In this document: in pieces, positions 21,885 through 33,500 of the stretch
Layout: each line of letters opens with the position of its first letter
How positions within the stretch are numbered: the stretch's first letter is position 1
Assembly (NCBI GenBank): GCA_030704615.1
Contig: CM060731.1
Coordinates: 95,604,001-95,668,000 of the forward strand
Direction: 5' to 3'
DNA length: 64,000 nucleotides
Source of the DNA: Takakia lepidozioides
Taxonomy: Eukaryota; Plantae; Bryophyta
Notes under the pieces: generated by a model
The model's input: only the letters and a program-made list of their open reading frames with translations
Database searches by the model: none
Told to the model about the DNA's origin: nothing
Position numbers and translations under genes: made by a program

Positions 21885-22072
21885 TGTCGTGCACATACAT
21901 ATCGCTACATAGCTACATCGCTGTCCAAAACCACACAACACATGTGCACACCACACACTAGTATACCACTAGTCCACCACTAGTCCAGCCACTAGTCCAA
22001 CCACTAGGCTACAACTAGTCAGTCACTAGGCTGCCACTATGCTGCCCACTATGGCAGTCACTAGTCCACACA
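21885..22072 (-). repeat. Isolated family-A LTR
   Basis: Reverse complement of 2454-2629 with one extra short internal unit; no PPT/PBS adjacent, no TSD (GGCTC vs ATGAT). Confidence 0.88.
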
Positions 22073-23260
22073 ATGATAAAGAAGAAGAATACAAGCACGA
22101 GCACACAAATCTGAAGCATAAACTCATGCATATATAACCTCATCACTCAAATACAAGTCAAGCCAAGTGCACCCCACGCCATGGGGAATCCACACTACGG
22201 CGCCATAGCTAGGCGCGGTGAGGCTCAACTCGAGAAAGATGAGCCTCCCGCGCTTCTGTTTGTTTTTTGATGATTTGAGCCTATGAGGAGAGGCGGAGCT
22301 GCCGCTCTACTTGTGATCACCACTTAGCAACTTATGAACTCACGGGGGAAAACAGCTTGCTGGGGTGCGGCTATAGACACTGTGCCGTCATTGGCATTCA
22401 TGATTACGATTGTACAAGGCAGGGCCTGCGGGAGAAGTAGTTTGCTGCTAGATGATGGGCAGGAATTACGTTGATGACTTCGCAGTGTGATATCCTACGC
22501 AACTAACGGACTGAGGGCCGAGCAAAGCAATCTGTTTATGACGATCAGAGATCCGGCTATCGTGAGCACGTAGCAGAACCTGACCTGGCCTTCTCGACAT
22601 CGGCTACGAGTAGGAGCTAGGGAAAAGACAAGCATATAAGATCATGGCGGCAAAGAAAGCGGATGCCTCCCAACTATGAATCCTCCAATGCTGGCTCAAC
22701 TCCCCAGCCGATGGTGAACTATGCGAAGATGCGTGGCGAAGGAGAGAATGCTGGTGTCTGTGACTACATTGTGATTACATTGCAGTAGGCACGGTTGGAG
22801 GAGGGTGTTGATTCTCTTTTTTACATGTCAAAAGTCTACTTCATATCAGATGAAGCTGAGGCTGTCCTCGCGTTTTAGGGCAGGGTTGGTCTCACCTTGA
22901 GGGAGGTGTTGGAAGCAGTCTTTGACACGAAATCTGAACTGTGTACGGGCCATACGTTGGCACCGATATTCCACCGACACTTCAACATTCCAAAAGGATT
23001 TCAACACCAAAGGGAGCACAAAAGTGCCTTATGTGAAATTCTGCAAGTGCTGGAAGAAGAGGAAGAAGAGGTACACAGATTCAAAGAATGAAGCAAGGCA
23101 TCCGCACCATACAGTGGGTTTCGGAAAGGAAATCAAGATTCGGCGGGCTGTCTTTGTATCAAGCTTTCTGGGTCGACTTTCACAGGGGCTGTCAATGAAA
23201 CAGCTTGCACATCTGAAGAAGGGCCCTGCACATCAGTCTGCAGTCCAAGATTCTCAAAGA

Positions 23261-23466
23261 GGGGATGGTGCACTGCGTTCTCAGGAGCTGGAGGAGCTTT
23301 TCTCAACAGCCGCCTCCAATCATGCAGTTCTGGTGGTTCTGACAATGAAAGAGAGACACATGGATTGTTGCAATTTTGTGGCAGCCCATGGGAGGATCCA
23401 ATTTATAAAAACGCTGCGGAGACAAATGCAGTGGGAGGGATCACTTTGAATGGTTTTCTTTCTAAG
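23261..23466 (+). pseudogene. MIRO: Two-exon fragment of mitochondrial Rho GTPase (second EF-hand region)
   Basis: GDGALRSQELEELFSTA followed, after an intron-like stretch ending GGCAG, by PWEDPIYKNAAETNAVGGITLNGFLS, matching the plant MIRO pattern DGAL..ELE.LFSTAP.SPW...Y..AAE....GGL....FLS. Confidence 0.8.
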
Positions 23467-23784
23467 GGCAGGTTGAGAGAGAGAGTGTTGTGGTGTACTA
23501 GACTTCCAGGCATTCACTGCGTACTGGAGCGCGTCAACCCCGCTCTCCACCACAGGTGCTAGCAGTAGCTGCTGCATACCCTGAGGTCGCTCCCACCAGA
23601 TGAGCCACTTCTCGGCGGCGCACAGTTGGTGCAACAGAGGAGGTTGCTCCATGCGAGATCGCCCCTTACTGTGAGCTGCATCTGAGGGCACCCACGCCAT
23701 GCCACTGATGCCAAGGACACTGTGATGCCCTGTGCTGTTGTTGTAAGTCCCGCCATAGCTCTCTCTCTCTCTCTCTCTCTCTCA

Positions 23785-23988
23785 CGGAAGACTGCTGCTG
23801 TGGAGTGCGCTCGGAAATGCGGTGATGGTGGTCCTCCGCAGTGTAGAACAGGTCGGGGGCGTGTGTGCGTCCAGGCATCACAGTCCACGCCTCCAAGTAA
23901 AGCCAACAACATTCTATGCTCAAACTGCACCGGAAATGGGGCAGTAGTGTGCTCACAGTGCGAGGGGAACGGCCTCGGGAACCCGTAG
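23785..23988 (+). pseudogene. BSD2: Fragment of BSD2-like DnaJ-type zinc-finger protein
   Basis: ASQSTPPSKANNILCSNCTGNGAVVCSQCEGNG: two CxxCxGxG repeats with BSD2-like spacing; second half of the finger absent. Confidence 0.65.
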
Positions 23989-24021
23989 ATAACTAGGGAA
24001 CAGGGAACCAAGACAAGTATT

Positions 24022-24098
24022 AAAAAAAAAAAAAAAAAAAAGGAGTTTTCTTTGTATTTGTTCTGTCTTATTAAAAAAAAAAGGGGGGGGGGGGGGGG
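24022..24098 (+). repeat. Poly-A (about 20), poly-A (10) and poly-G (about 16) runs
   Basis: Direct read. Confidence 0.9.
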
Positions 24099-24351
24099 AG
24101 AAAAGAAAAAGGTGTTATGTTTAAAGAGCCTGGTTGGTCATATCTTTGTCAAATGAGCTCCGTTTGACTCAGTCTTTGAGGGGATAGCTGCAGAAAGGGG
24201 AAATCTACCTAGTATTGGTTTTTGTTTTTGGGACTCTGCTAAAAATCTATGGAATTTTTAGAGAGTGAGTGTGCCATGAAAGATCCACAATCCTGTTTCT
24301 AGAACCTGTTCTGGTCTACATGAGAGATAAATCTGGGGATGTACTCCTTGT

Positions 24352-25101
24352 ATGGCTGGGGGAAATGAGGACGTAATTGAAGGGCAGGTCTCTTCTCTTA
24401 GCCTGTGCACACAAGGGGACAGGATTTATGTTTCCCAAGGAACTCAGACTGATTTGAGTGGAGAACAGTTGGACGAGTTGATTGCATACTGGGAGTCAGG
24501 CATTAGTAGTAGACAACAAACTGCTGTAGTTGGCGTTGAGGGCCTCAATGTTGCTTTGGACAGTCAGAACTCTGTTGGAGCCAGCAGTTCTGCAGCTGTA
24601 AGTGAAATACCAAAGTGGGTGGAAGCTAGGCTTGGAACACAGCCAAAGACAGCCCCGGGGACCAAGGTGTTCAGCCACAAGGCTGTGGTGTATTGGAGCA
24701 GAGGAGCAGGAGCTACACAAGTTGGTGCAATCAGACATGGTTGTAGCCGGAGACGCTCTGCACAAGGCAACCACGAGCGGGGGTTCATTAGCAATGACAA
24801 GTTTGTTCTGCGCGAAGGGGATGTAGTCATTCGCAATGAGGACACCCGCAACCGTCTCAAAGCGTTTGAGTTGAGAGACTATCAGACCCTACCTTTGTTT
24901 TCTTTAGTGTTCAGTGAGCGGGAGATAGGGGAGTATTGCTTTGTCTCTACTTGGCAGAGAGAGGAGGAGGGTTGGTTAAAGCGAGCTACTGTAGCTTGGG
25001 ATAAGGTTAGTGGTAGGTTTTTGGACATAGATATACCTCCTACACCTTACCATCATGCAGAGAGAGGTACTTTGAGAGAAGTCTGGCAGTTAATAGCATA
25101 G
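24352..25101 (+). CDS. 249-aa ORF upstream of gag, probable extra ORF of the retroelement
   Basis: ATG-started ORF, same strand and about 0.5 kb upstream of gag; no recognised domain. Confidence 0.4.
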   Translation: MAGGNEDVIEGQVSSLSLCTQGDRIYVSQGTQTDLSGEQLDELIAYWESGISSRQQTAVVGVEGLNVALDSQNSVGASSSAAVSEIPKWVEARLGTQPKTAPGTKVFSHKAVVYWSRGAGATQVGAIRHGCSRRRSAQGNHERGFISNDKFVLREGDVVIRNEDTRNRLKAFELRDYQTLPLFSLVFSEREIGEYCFVSTWQREEEGWLKRATVAWDKVSGRFLDIDIPPTPYHHAERGTLREVWQLIA

Positions 25102-25621
25102 ATCAGGATTAGATCTTGCTTGGTCGGGCTTCTATTCTTCCCCTCCATCTCTGTACTATTTTCATTACCTTGTACTTGTAGTTGCCAAAGCCTCTCTTGG
25201 TGGAGGCCAGTCAGTCCGGGGTTTTGGGCTGGGATATTCTGCAGGATCAGCATTCCAGCTGGATTTTGGTGTGGGGGTGTTGATGTTTGGATTTCTTGTG
25301 TTTGGATCCCCCCCAACACCTGCATGCTTGACTGTGCGCCATGTTGGTTTTGTGTGGGCGCTTGCTTTCATAGGGATTAGGCCGGATTTGATCACCGGTC
25401 AATCCTAGAGTATGCTGTCGGTGGTGAGGCTGGAGTGATGACCAGCAAGACCACCAGTGTTTCTTCTATGGTGAGACTGGGTTGATGACCAGCCAACCAT
25501 AGGAGTTCTTGCAGTGGATGCAGGTGCAGGTGCCCTGAGCCATTGGGATATGACCTTTAAACTGCAACAGGTGCCCACCCGTGTCACTATTAGAATTAGT
25601 ACTAGAGCCTTATAGTGTCAC

Positions 25622-27736
25622 GTGGAGGAGGTGCACATTGTGAGTGTCATCACGGAGTTACCCAAGGGTTTTGAGGGGAGTACGGCTACAGGCAGTAACA
25701 GTGAGAGTGGGTTCACAAGACGAGGTATTCGGTTCAGACCACCTTCACCTCCACCCTCAACTAGTGCAGAGTCAGATACAGACTCGGAGGCTTCATCAAC
25801 AGGTGTGCAGTTTCATTCGCCATTGTTGTGGGACGACATGGAGGAGATGTATGGAGCTACCAAGGGGCCTCGTAGGTACTCTGGAGCTGTGGGCACAATT
25901 GAGCTGGATGTTCTAGGAGTTTGACAGCTGGTGTGATTTGCAGCAGATGCGCAATCCACAGCTATTCACCCCATTCATGGCGTGGAAGGGACTGTTCCAG
26001 CATTTGGAAGGCCCGCCTATGGACGATTACCACAAGTTCAGGCGAGGACATGAAGCAGAGATTGAGGAGTGGAGGATGAATTGGTCACCTGACTACGTCT
26101 CCATTACTCGAGGCACGACGCGACCAGTAGCTCCATCAGTACCAATATCTCCCACTGCCAGCACTAGTAGTGGAACAAGTAGTGCCGGTACTTCTGCAGG
26201 TGGTACCAGTTCAAAAGGTGCTACTACTCCTCCTGCCACGACTACAACACATGTGCCTAGATTCAACCCGGTGGTGGAGTTCTTCCAGGAGTTGCGGAGG
26301 AACTACCAAGGTGTACGGACAGAGAAGCTGCGAAGTTTGCAAGACTTCCAGCGCAAACCCAGTGAGAGCTTGCGAGAGGCATACACTCGTATGAGGCGCT
26401 TGATAAGTGTGACCCAAGGGGTTACTGAAGCTTAGGCAATCCAATTCTGGTATGGAATTTTGGACAAGGAGCTCAGGAGAAGGGTGCGGGATGCAACCTT
26501 GTTACAAGCAGCCCAACCCACATTAGCAGATGTGTTTTTGCTGGCTGAGCGGATTGAGCTCAACATGGTGGAGGAGCGAGTTGTTACCATTGGATTTGGC
26601 AAGGACATGCCTGCACGAGGCGCAGCTGCCAGCCCACAGGCACAAGGGACTGCCCAACAGCGTGGTCAGGGGGGCAAGGTTGCCCAGTCCAAGTTCCATG
26701 GAGCTTACATGGGACCTCAGGTGCAGAGGCCCGTGGCATCTTTTGCAGGCCAACAACAACCAGGGGTGGTATGTTGGACATGTGGAGGACCCCATGTCAA
26801 GAAAGATTGCCCAGAGAATGGCAGAAGGCCGGCACAAGCACAGCCTGCACAGTTGTAGTGTGGGCATTGTAGCAAGTATGGGCATGGAGATGCCCAGTGT
26901 TATGACTTGCATCATGAGTTGCGCCCAGGCCAGTTCCAAGGGAATAATGGTGGCCGGGGGCGAGGTGGACCAGCCCAGAGAGGACGAGGTGGCCAGCCAC
27001 GAGGTGTAGGCCAAGGGCAAGCTCAACATGGCCAAGGACGCAGAGGTCAGGGTGTTGACCAAGGCATGGCCAACCGGCTTCAGCAGCTAGAGCAGAGGCT
27101 CGCTGCCATGGCTATAGCTCAGGTGGTACCGGCTCCCAGGCGGGATGGTCCACCTCCTGCTCCTGAGGGAGGAGATATGGGAGGCATGGGATTCATGTGC
27201 GGAGCAGCGCTACCACTAGAGCAGGTGGAGTCTGCTGCAGCCGTGACTCGAGGAGCATCACGAGTTCCTGAGCCACGAGGTGCAGAGGTGGAATTGGATC
27301 CACAGCGTGGGGAGGCAAGCCATCAGGCAAGGCTTCCTCAGTCATTCACATTGGCGGAGACTGTGTCGACGCCATCCATGGCACCTAGTTCTCGCCCGAC
27401 TATTACCGAGGCGGAGGTTACTGTGCCATTGGGGAGAGCTACACGTGCAGCACTGACACCTACTGCCAAGGCTAGTACAGCCGGTGTATTATTGGGGGCA
27501 GCCACCTCTGTGTGTCAAGCCCCACTGTTCTCGGCAACCATGATTGCGACGCCGGGGGTAAGACCAGCTGCAGTGTTCAGACTAGCAACAACACTCTGTG
27601 AGAGTGGGGAGGTTACTTCATCTTCTGCGGAGTTAGTGGAAGGTGTAGTGGCAGAGGGATCCTCGGATTTGAGGGTCAAGACTGCCACGGCTGCGCCATG
27701 GCAAGCTGCAGCTGCCAGGTTGACGGTCAAGGCCAT
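25622..27736 (+). pseudogene. gag: Ty3/Gypsy-type gag with zinc knuckles, truncated by a MULE subfamily-2 fragment
   Basis: LQDFQRKPSESLREAYTRMRRL (retrotrans_gag QxxxES motif), CWTCGGPHVKKDC and CGHCSKYGHGDAQC knuckles, RGG-rich tract; in-frame stops. Confidence 0.8.
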
Positions 27737-28495
27737 ATGGGACTTAGCCATTTTCAGGCGGACCTGGGAAAATGGCGCCGAATTTCCAGTCAAGGCTCCG
27801 AAAATGGCTAAGTCCCTAGGGTGGCTGGCCTTGAACTGGAAATTCGGGCCATTTTTCCAGTTCTGGGCCCTATTGCCCTTGTGGGACTTAGCCATTTTCG
27901 GGCTGGACCTGGGAAAATGGCGCCGAATTTCCAGTCAGGGCTCCGAAAATGGCTAAGTCCCTAGGGTGGCTGGCCCTCAACTGGAAATTCGGCGCCATTT
28001 TTCCAGTTCTGGGCCCTATTGCCGTTCTGGGACTTAGCCATTTTTGGGCCGGACCTTGGAAAATGGCGCCGAATTTCCAGTCAGGGCTCCGAAAATGGCT
28101 AAGTCCCTAGGGTGGCTGGCCCTGAACTGGAAATTTGGCGCCATTTTTCCAGTTCTGGGCCCTATTGCCCTTGTGGGACTTAGCCATTTTCGGGCCGGAC
28201 CTGGGAAAATGGCGCCGAATTTCCAGTCAGGGCTCCAAAAATGGCTAAGTCCCTAGGGTGGCTGGCCCTGAACTGGAAATTCGGCGCCATTTTTCCATTT
28301 CTAGGCCCTATTGCCGTTCTGGGACAGCCATCTTCGGGCCAAACCGGGAAAAATGGCGCCGAATTTCCAGTTCAGGGCTCCCAAGATGGCTAAGTCCCTA
28401 GGGTGGCAGTCACTGAAAACCGAAATTCGGCGCCATTTTTCCATTTCTAGGCCCACTCAGATCCGCCCCAACCTGGGAAAATGGTGCCAAATTTG
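27737..28495. repeat. About 5 tandem 146-bp units, each internally inverted and carrying two subfamily-2 GGCGCC palindromic sites
   Basis: GGGACTTAGCCATTTT recurs at about 27739, 27883, 28029, 28175, 28321 with AAAATGGCTAAGTCCC in between; cores at 27919, 27991, 28065, 28137, 28211, 28283, 28355, 28429. Confidence 0.92.
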
Positions 28496-28532
28496 CAGTT
28501 CAGGGACCTCATTATGTTTTTCATGAATGCAG

Positions 28533-30508
28533 GTACTGCAAGTTCTCCCTTTTGGAGAAAGGTCATCTGTCTTTCGAGCCACCATTCTTCCTGGCATGGA
28601 GGAACCCTGGGGCTGACTCCATGTACACTGACGATATTGTGAAGGAGTGGCATCTGGAACATTTGCGTGATTGCCCTTTGTATGTGGACCTTCCGCCCGG
28701 CATGATCGACCCATCCGAGTTTCAATTGAAGCTGGATGCTGAGGCCCGACGAAACCGGGCTCCGCTGCCTCCGCTGGGTGCAAAAGAGGCAAAAGCGCTT
28801 GCGAACTCCAGGAAAGCGGCAGAGTTTGCTCAGGCAGGAATTCAGGAGAAATTGAATGAGAAGAGTAAAGGCCAAAGGAAAAGGACAAGGAAACAGGTGA
28901 GTGCAGTAACACCCAAAAAACAGAAAACCATCGGGGCATCGGAGCAGGCGCAGGAGGGGACCCAAGAGAGTGACTCGGACGACGACTTTGTTCAAGGTCC
29001 TGCGACTGCTATTGCAGCTACCCAGTCACCGGTCGTCCGGGTTCCCAAGTCAGTTCGGAGTGGGACTGGCTCTGCCAAGAAGTTGGCATTTGAGGGCGAG
29101 CCTACACGGCGGTATTCGGCGGTGACGTTTACGCACAGGCCAAAGCTAGAACCTCCAACCATCAATGAGAGCTTCCTTGACGCTCTCGCTGCCAGGGCGA
29201 AGAAGGTGGCACACAGCAAGTCTCTGGTGGAGCAGAAGGGGAAAACCAAGAAGAGGGCTGCCGATACAGAGCCTAAAGACACCCCTGGTTTTGAAGCCAT
29301 GATGGAATTCTTCACGGCTGTGAGCACGGATTGCAAGAGCACTCGGGGGGGGGGGGGGGGGGGGGGGGGGGGTTTGAGGTGGAGAGAGCTTGCGACATGA
29401 TTCTCCTCGACATTCCAGATGGGGAGCTGCTGGAGGGCCTGGATGGTGTGCTGAGGACTACTGGAAAGCCGGGTTTGGGCTGGCGGGGATGCTTCTAGAT
29501 GACGGTGGATGTGTGGTTGTCCTTGCCACAAGAGGGAAGACCACAGAGAATGCGGTGGCAAGGTGGACACCAGAAAATGTCACCCCGGTCCTCCTCAGAA
29601 AATGGTTCTGCATCAATACACAGGGGTTGCGAACAGAGGGCCAAAGTGTAAGTTATCAATCTATTGCATTCACCTCATATTGTGGTGTATCTAAACAAGT
29701 TCCCGGAGTTGATCCCTATTTTGTTGGATGTGCAGACATTGGTGTTTGAGGCATATTGCTTTGTGAAGAGAGGGTCTACGTTCAAATTCCGCAACGACGG
29801 TCGTCTTGTTGATGCCGCTGTGGACCCTGTTACCTACGATGTCCTCTACAACTATGTGCCCCGCTCCAGTATGCCGAAGGACACAAAGACAGGCAAACCG
29901 TGGCGACACAGCCGGACCCGGAGCCCTACTTTCATCCAAACCCTCATGGAGACGTGCTCGGATGTCCAAGGGCGGATTCTGGACCTCACATGCGGCACGG
30001 GTAAGCCTTCACGTGCTCAGTTTTTCCCCTGGCCCGATTGCAATTGCATGCCGCAAGCTATTAACCGCCCGCTTTGTTCCTCAGGTGCTTCAATGTGGGC
30101 AGGGACGTTGTCCGACAGGCATGTGTTAGCCTTCGAGCCAGATACTGCCCTCCACAACTCCGAACTTGCAGCGGCTGAACGTCTGCCGAAAGAGGAAGAG
30201 GCATCCTCAGAGGATGAGGAAAAATCCGAGAAGGAGCAGGGGGAGGAACAAGTTGGGATCGAGGCCGAGGAGCCCCCGGTGTACGAGTGAGTGGTTGCAT
30301 TGTAAGTTGCCTCCAGATTTTGTGAGGCACCTCCCTTCGCTCTCTTATTACCCTTTCTGCTTCTGCTGGTATTGACATTCTTGAAGTGGATTTGTTCTCA
30401 CTGTAGGATGCCAAGTACGGCAGGAGGGACGTCTACACCGGAGTTCATGGGCAGGAGGAACGTGCCTTTTTTTGCCAGGGGGGATTTCATGCCTAGTCCA
30501 GAAAGGGA
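28533..30508 (+). pseudogene. Diverged ORF2 homolog (MTase-like half), MULE subfamily 2
   Basis: EPPFFLAW, MILLDIPDG (DIPD 29409-29420), CINTQGLR, RTRSPTFIQTLMETCSDVQGRILDLTCGT/GASMWAGTLSDRHVLAFEPD, RRNVPFFARGDFM; same intron positions as 13705-16057. Confidence 0.85.
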
Positions 30509-33500
30509 CTGAAAGGTTGCTGGTGCATTACAAAGTCCAAAGGGCATGACTTTGTTTGCATAAGCACCCCAGTCTGTGATGAAAGCCGTCTTTCCCTGGT
30601 CTTCTTCTGCCACTTGCACTTGATTATAACCACTGAAGCCATCCATGATTGAGTACATCTCATGGCCTGCCACAGTGTCCAATACTGCTTCTGTGAATGG
30701 CAAAGGGAATGGATCTTTCTTCGTGCAAGCATTCAACTTCTTATAGTTCACACAAACTCTCAGTTTACCATTCTTCTTGGGAACTATCACAATGGGTGAC
30801 AACCAAGTTGTATACTCTATCGGGTATATAAACTTAGCCTCAGCCAACTTCTTGATCTCTTCTCCAACCTTCTGTGCATAGTTGGGATTCATTCTGTACC
30901 TTGCCTATTTGATTGGTACTGACCCTGGTTCCAATTCATCTTATGCTGACAGATCTCAGGTGGTATCCCTTTTAAATCCTCGTAGCTCCAAGCAAATACA
31001 TCTCTGTATTTGATGAACAAACTCTTAGCTTCCTCAAAGAATTCTGGCTCCAAATCAGCCCCTACCTTCACCATCCTCGGTTCCTCTTCAGTTCCCACAT
31101 TCACTTCTCTCAGCTACTCATCAGCTGTGATTGTCCAACCAGTCACCACTTCATCCTGTAAACTCACAGTGGCTGGTTCCTCTAGGATTTCCATTTCTCC
31201 TTCTCTTTCTTCATAAAAATGTGGTGGGTAACTGCTTATTTCTCCTTCAATTGGTGTTGCTGTCACTACACCACAGCGGATACCTTTTAAACAACTTAGG
31301 CCTTCCAGCTGCATCTCTGCAACCTGCTCCCACTCTGGGTGTACAGCAAACAGGGTAGCTTCCTGCTCCTCATCCAGTCCTCCCCTCCAGTCATACTCCC
31401 TGACCCCTCGAGGTCTTCTCGTAGCAGGTAATCTACTAGATTTCTTAGTGGTAATTTGTATCTTGTGCATCCCATTATGCACAGTTAGTAACTGAGAATT
31501 CCAGTCATGGAATACCCTGGCCTGTTTCAGCCACGGATGTCCCAATAATAAGGAGTAAGCCTCCATGACTTCATCCATCTTCAACACAGTTACTGTGATC
31601 ATAAAGATCATCTTTTGTATCTGTATCTTAACTCCTCTTATCAATCCCAATGGCTGTACACTTCTTTGATCTGCCATTGTTACTGTAAATGGGGCTGGTT
31701 TCATGTTACTTAGACCAAGCTTTTGCCTTAATTGGTCTGTCATGATATTCACTCCAGAGCCTCCATCTATTAGTACATCAGTTAGTTCTGTGCTTCCAAT
31801 TCTCAATTGGAATACTGGCATAGAATCATCAAAGTCCATGACTGTTTCTCGCCCTTCCGGCTTCACATTATAACTGGTCACCTTGCTGTTCAGGTCTGTG
31901 TTTTCTGTCACATGGGCAATTCGATTGATTGTTTGATACAGCCTGTGTCTACAATAAGGTGCCACAGCCAATAGCTGTCCAATGGTAATCTCTGCTTTGG
32001 TCTGGCATATTACTTCAGCCAAAGTCCCTTCATTACTCTGCATGTCTGCAGCTTCTTTCTTCCTTTCGTTCTCACTCACTTCTTCTTCTCCATCAGAATC
32101 AGAGGAATCTGCCATAGGAATATCAGTATTCTTCTGCATTTCCCTTATGGTATCTGCCACTTCCTTGTGCAGTTCCTTCTCATCTCTCCAAGCCTCATCA
32201 TCTTCAGGCACATCACTGCCATCTTCATTATCATCATCTTCCTCAACTACTGGAGGTATTAGTTTGGCTTTGCTTCTCGTTACTGTCATTGTACTTACTT
32301 CTGGTACAACACATGGCCTAACCATGTGAGCTGCCACCACTGGCCCCTCATTCACAGGAGCTCTCATCTCATTCTGGTGTCTAATCCAGAATGAACAGGC
32401 TGCCTTGCGATGTCTTGCCTGATTACAATAGTAACACAGTTCTTCACCATTGGGTCCTCGCCCTTGGTCTGCTCTAGGATTATTTCTGTAATCCTGATTC
32501 CCTGGCTGGTAATTCCCCCTTGGATTACCCTGATAGTTGCCTCTGGAATTTCCTTGGTAATTCCCTCTTGAATTACCTCTCCATTCCATGCCATTGTTAT
32601 AACCACCAGGCCTACCATAGTGGTCCTGATCACTGTTTCTTCTTGGCTGGGGGTGCACTTGATGCACCCTTACTTGTCTAGGTTCTCTAGTTGTTGTCCT
32701 TCTGTTGTAGTAACAATTCTCAGTAGAATGGTTATCCATTTTACAGATAGTATAGTGTTTCTCCTTTATGTGGCATTCAGTGGTGGTATGGCCTTCGTTC
32801 TGGCACTTTGCACACCAAACACCCTTCCTCCAATGTGTTGCAGTCTCTGTGGCATACTTCTTCAAGATTTATTCTAATCTTTTCTCATAGTTATCCCTCT
32901 TCAACTTCTCCTTTCTCTTACTCTTCCTTTTCAGCTCTTGCTCTTGTTCCTCATCTGACTCATCCTCCGAGTCCTCATCATCCCTTTTATCTCTCCTGAG
33001 CATTCCCTGTTTCAAATGCCTCCTCTACTGTATTATGGGGTAACATATCCACTTTATTTTGCAACTCTGGTCTTAGTCCACTCACAAACCAAGTCTTCTG
33101 TAAACCTGGTGCTGGTACAGCAGCCAGCTTTTTCATCATCAATTCCATTTTTTCCATATACTCCTCAACAGTTTCATGCTTCTTTTGCTTTAACTGTTGT
33201 AAACTTCCATACACTTCATCCTCAGTTTTACTTGTCCTGAACCTATTTCAGAATGCTGTATTCAAACCATTCCAGGTTAGGAAATGATTATCAGGGAATC
33301 TTGCATACCATTCACTTGCTTTCTTGATAAGTGAACAAGGAAACAGTCTCATCTTGGCATCATCGCCATTCTCATTATTCACTATACACATGTGCTCAAA
33401 TTGGCTAATGTGTACAACGGGATCCCCTTTTCCTGAATATATTGGAAAATGTGGTTTTGCCCGTGTTGGTTATAACTCCATCTGTGGCCCTACCCTCTGC

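Noticed and set aside
2454-22072. LTR pair bounding one retroelement, or TIRs of a giant element
   Set aside because: Copies are inverted; the left one follows a PPT and belongs to the element at 1-2629
23974-23996. Helitron 3' end (CGGGAACCCG hairpin + CTAG)
   Set aside because: Stem only 4 bp, CTAG not followed by T, no 5' TC end identified
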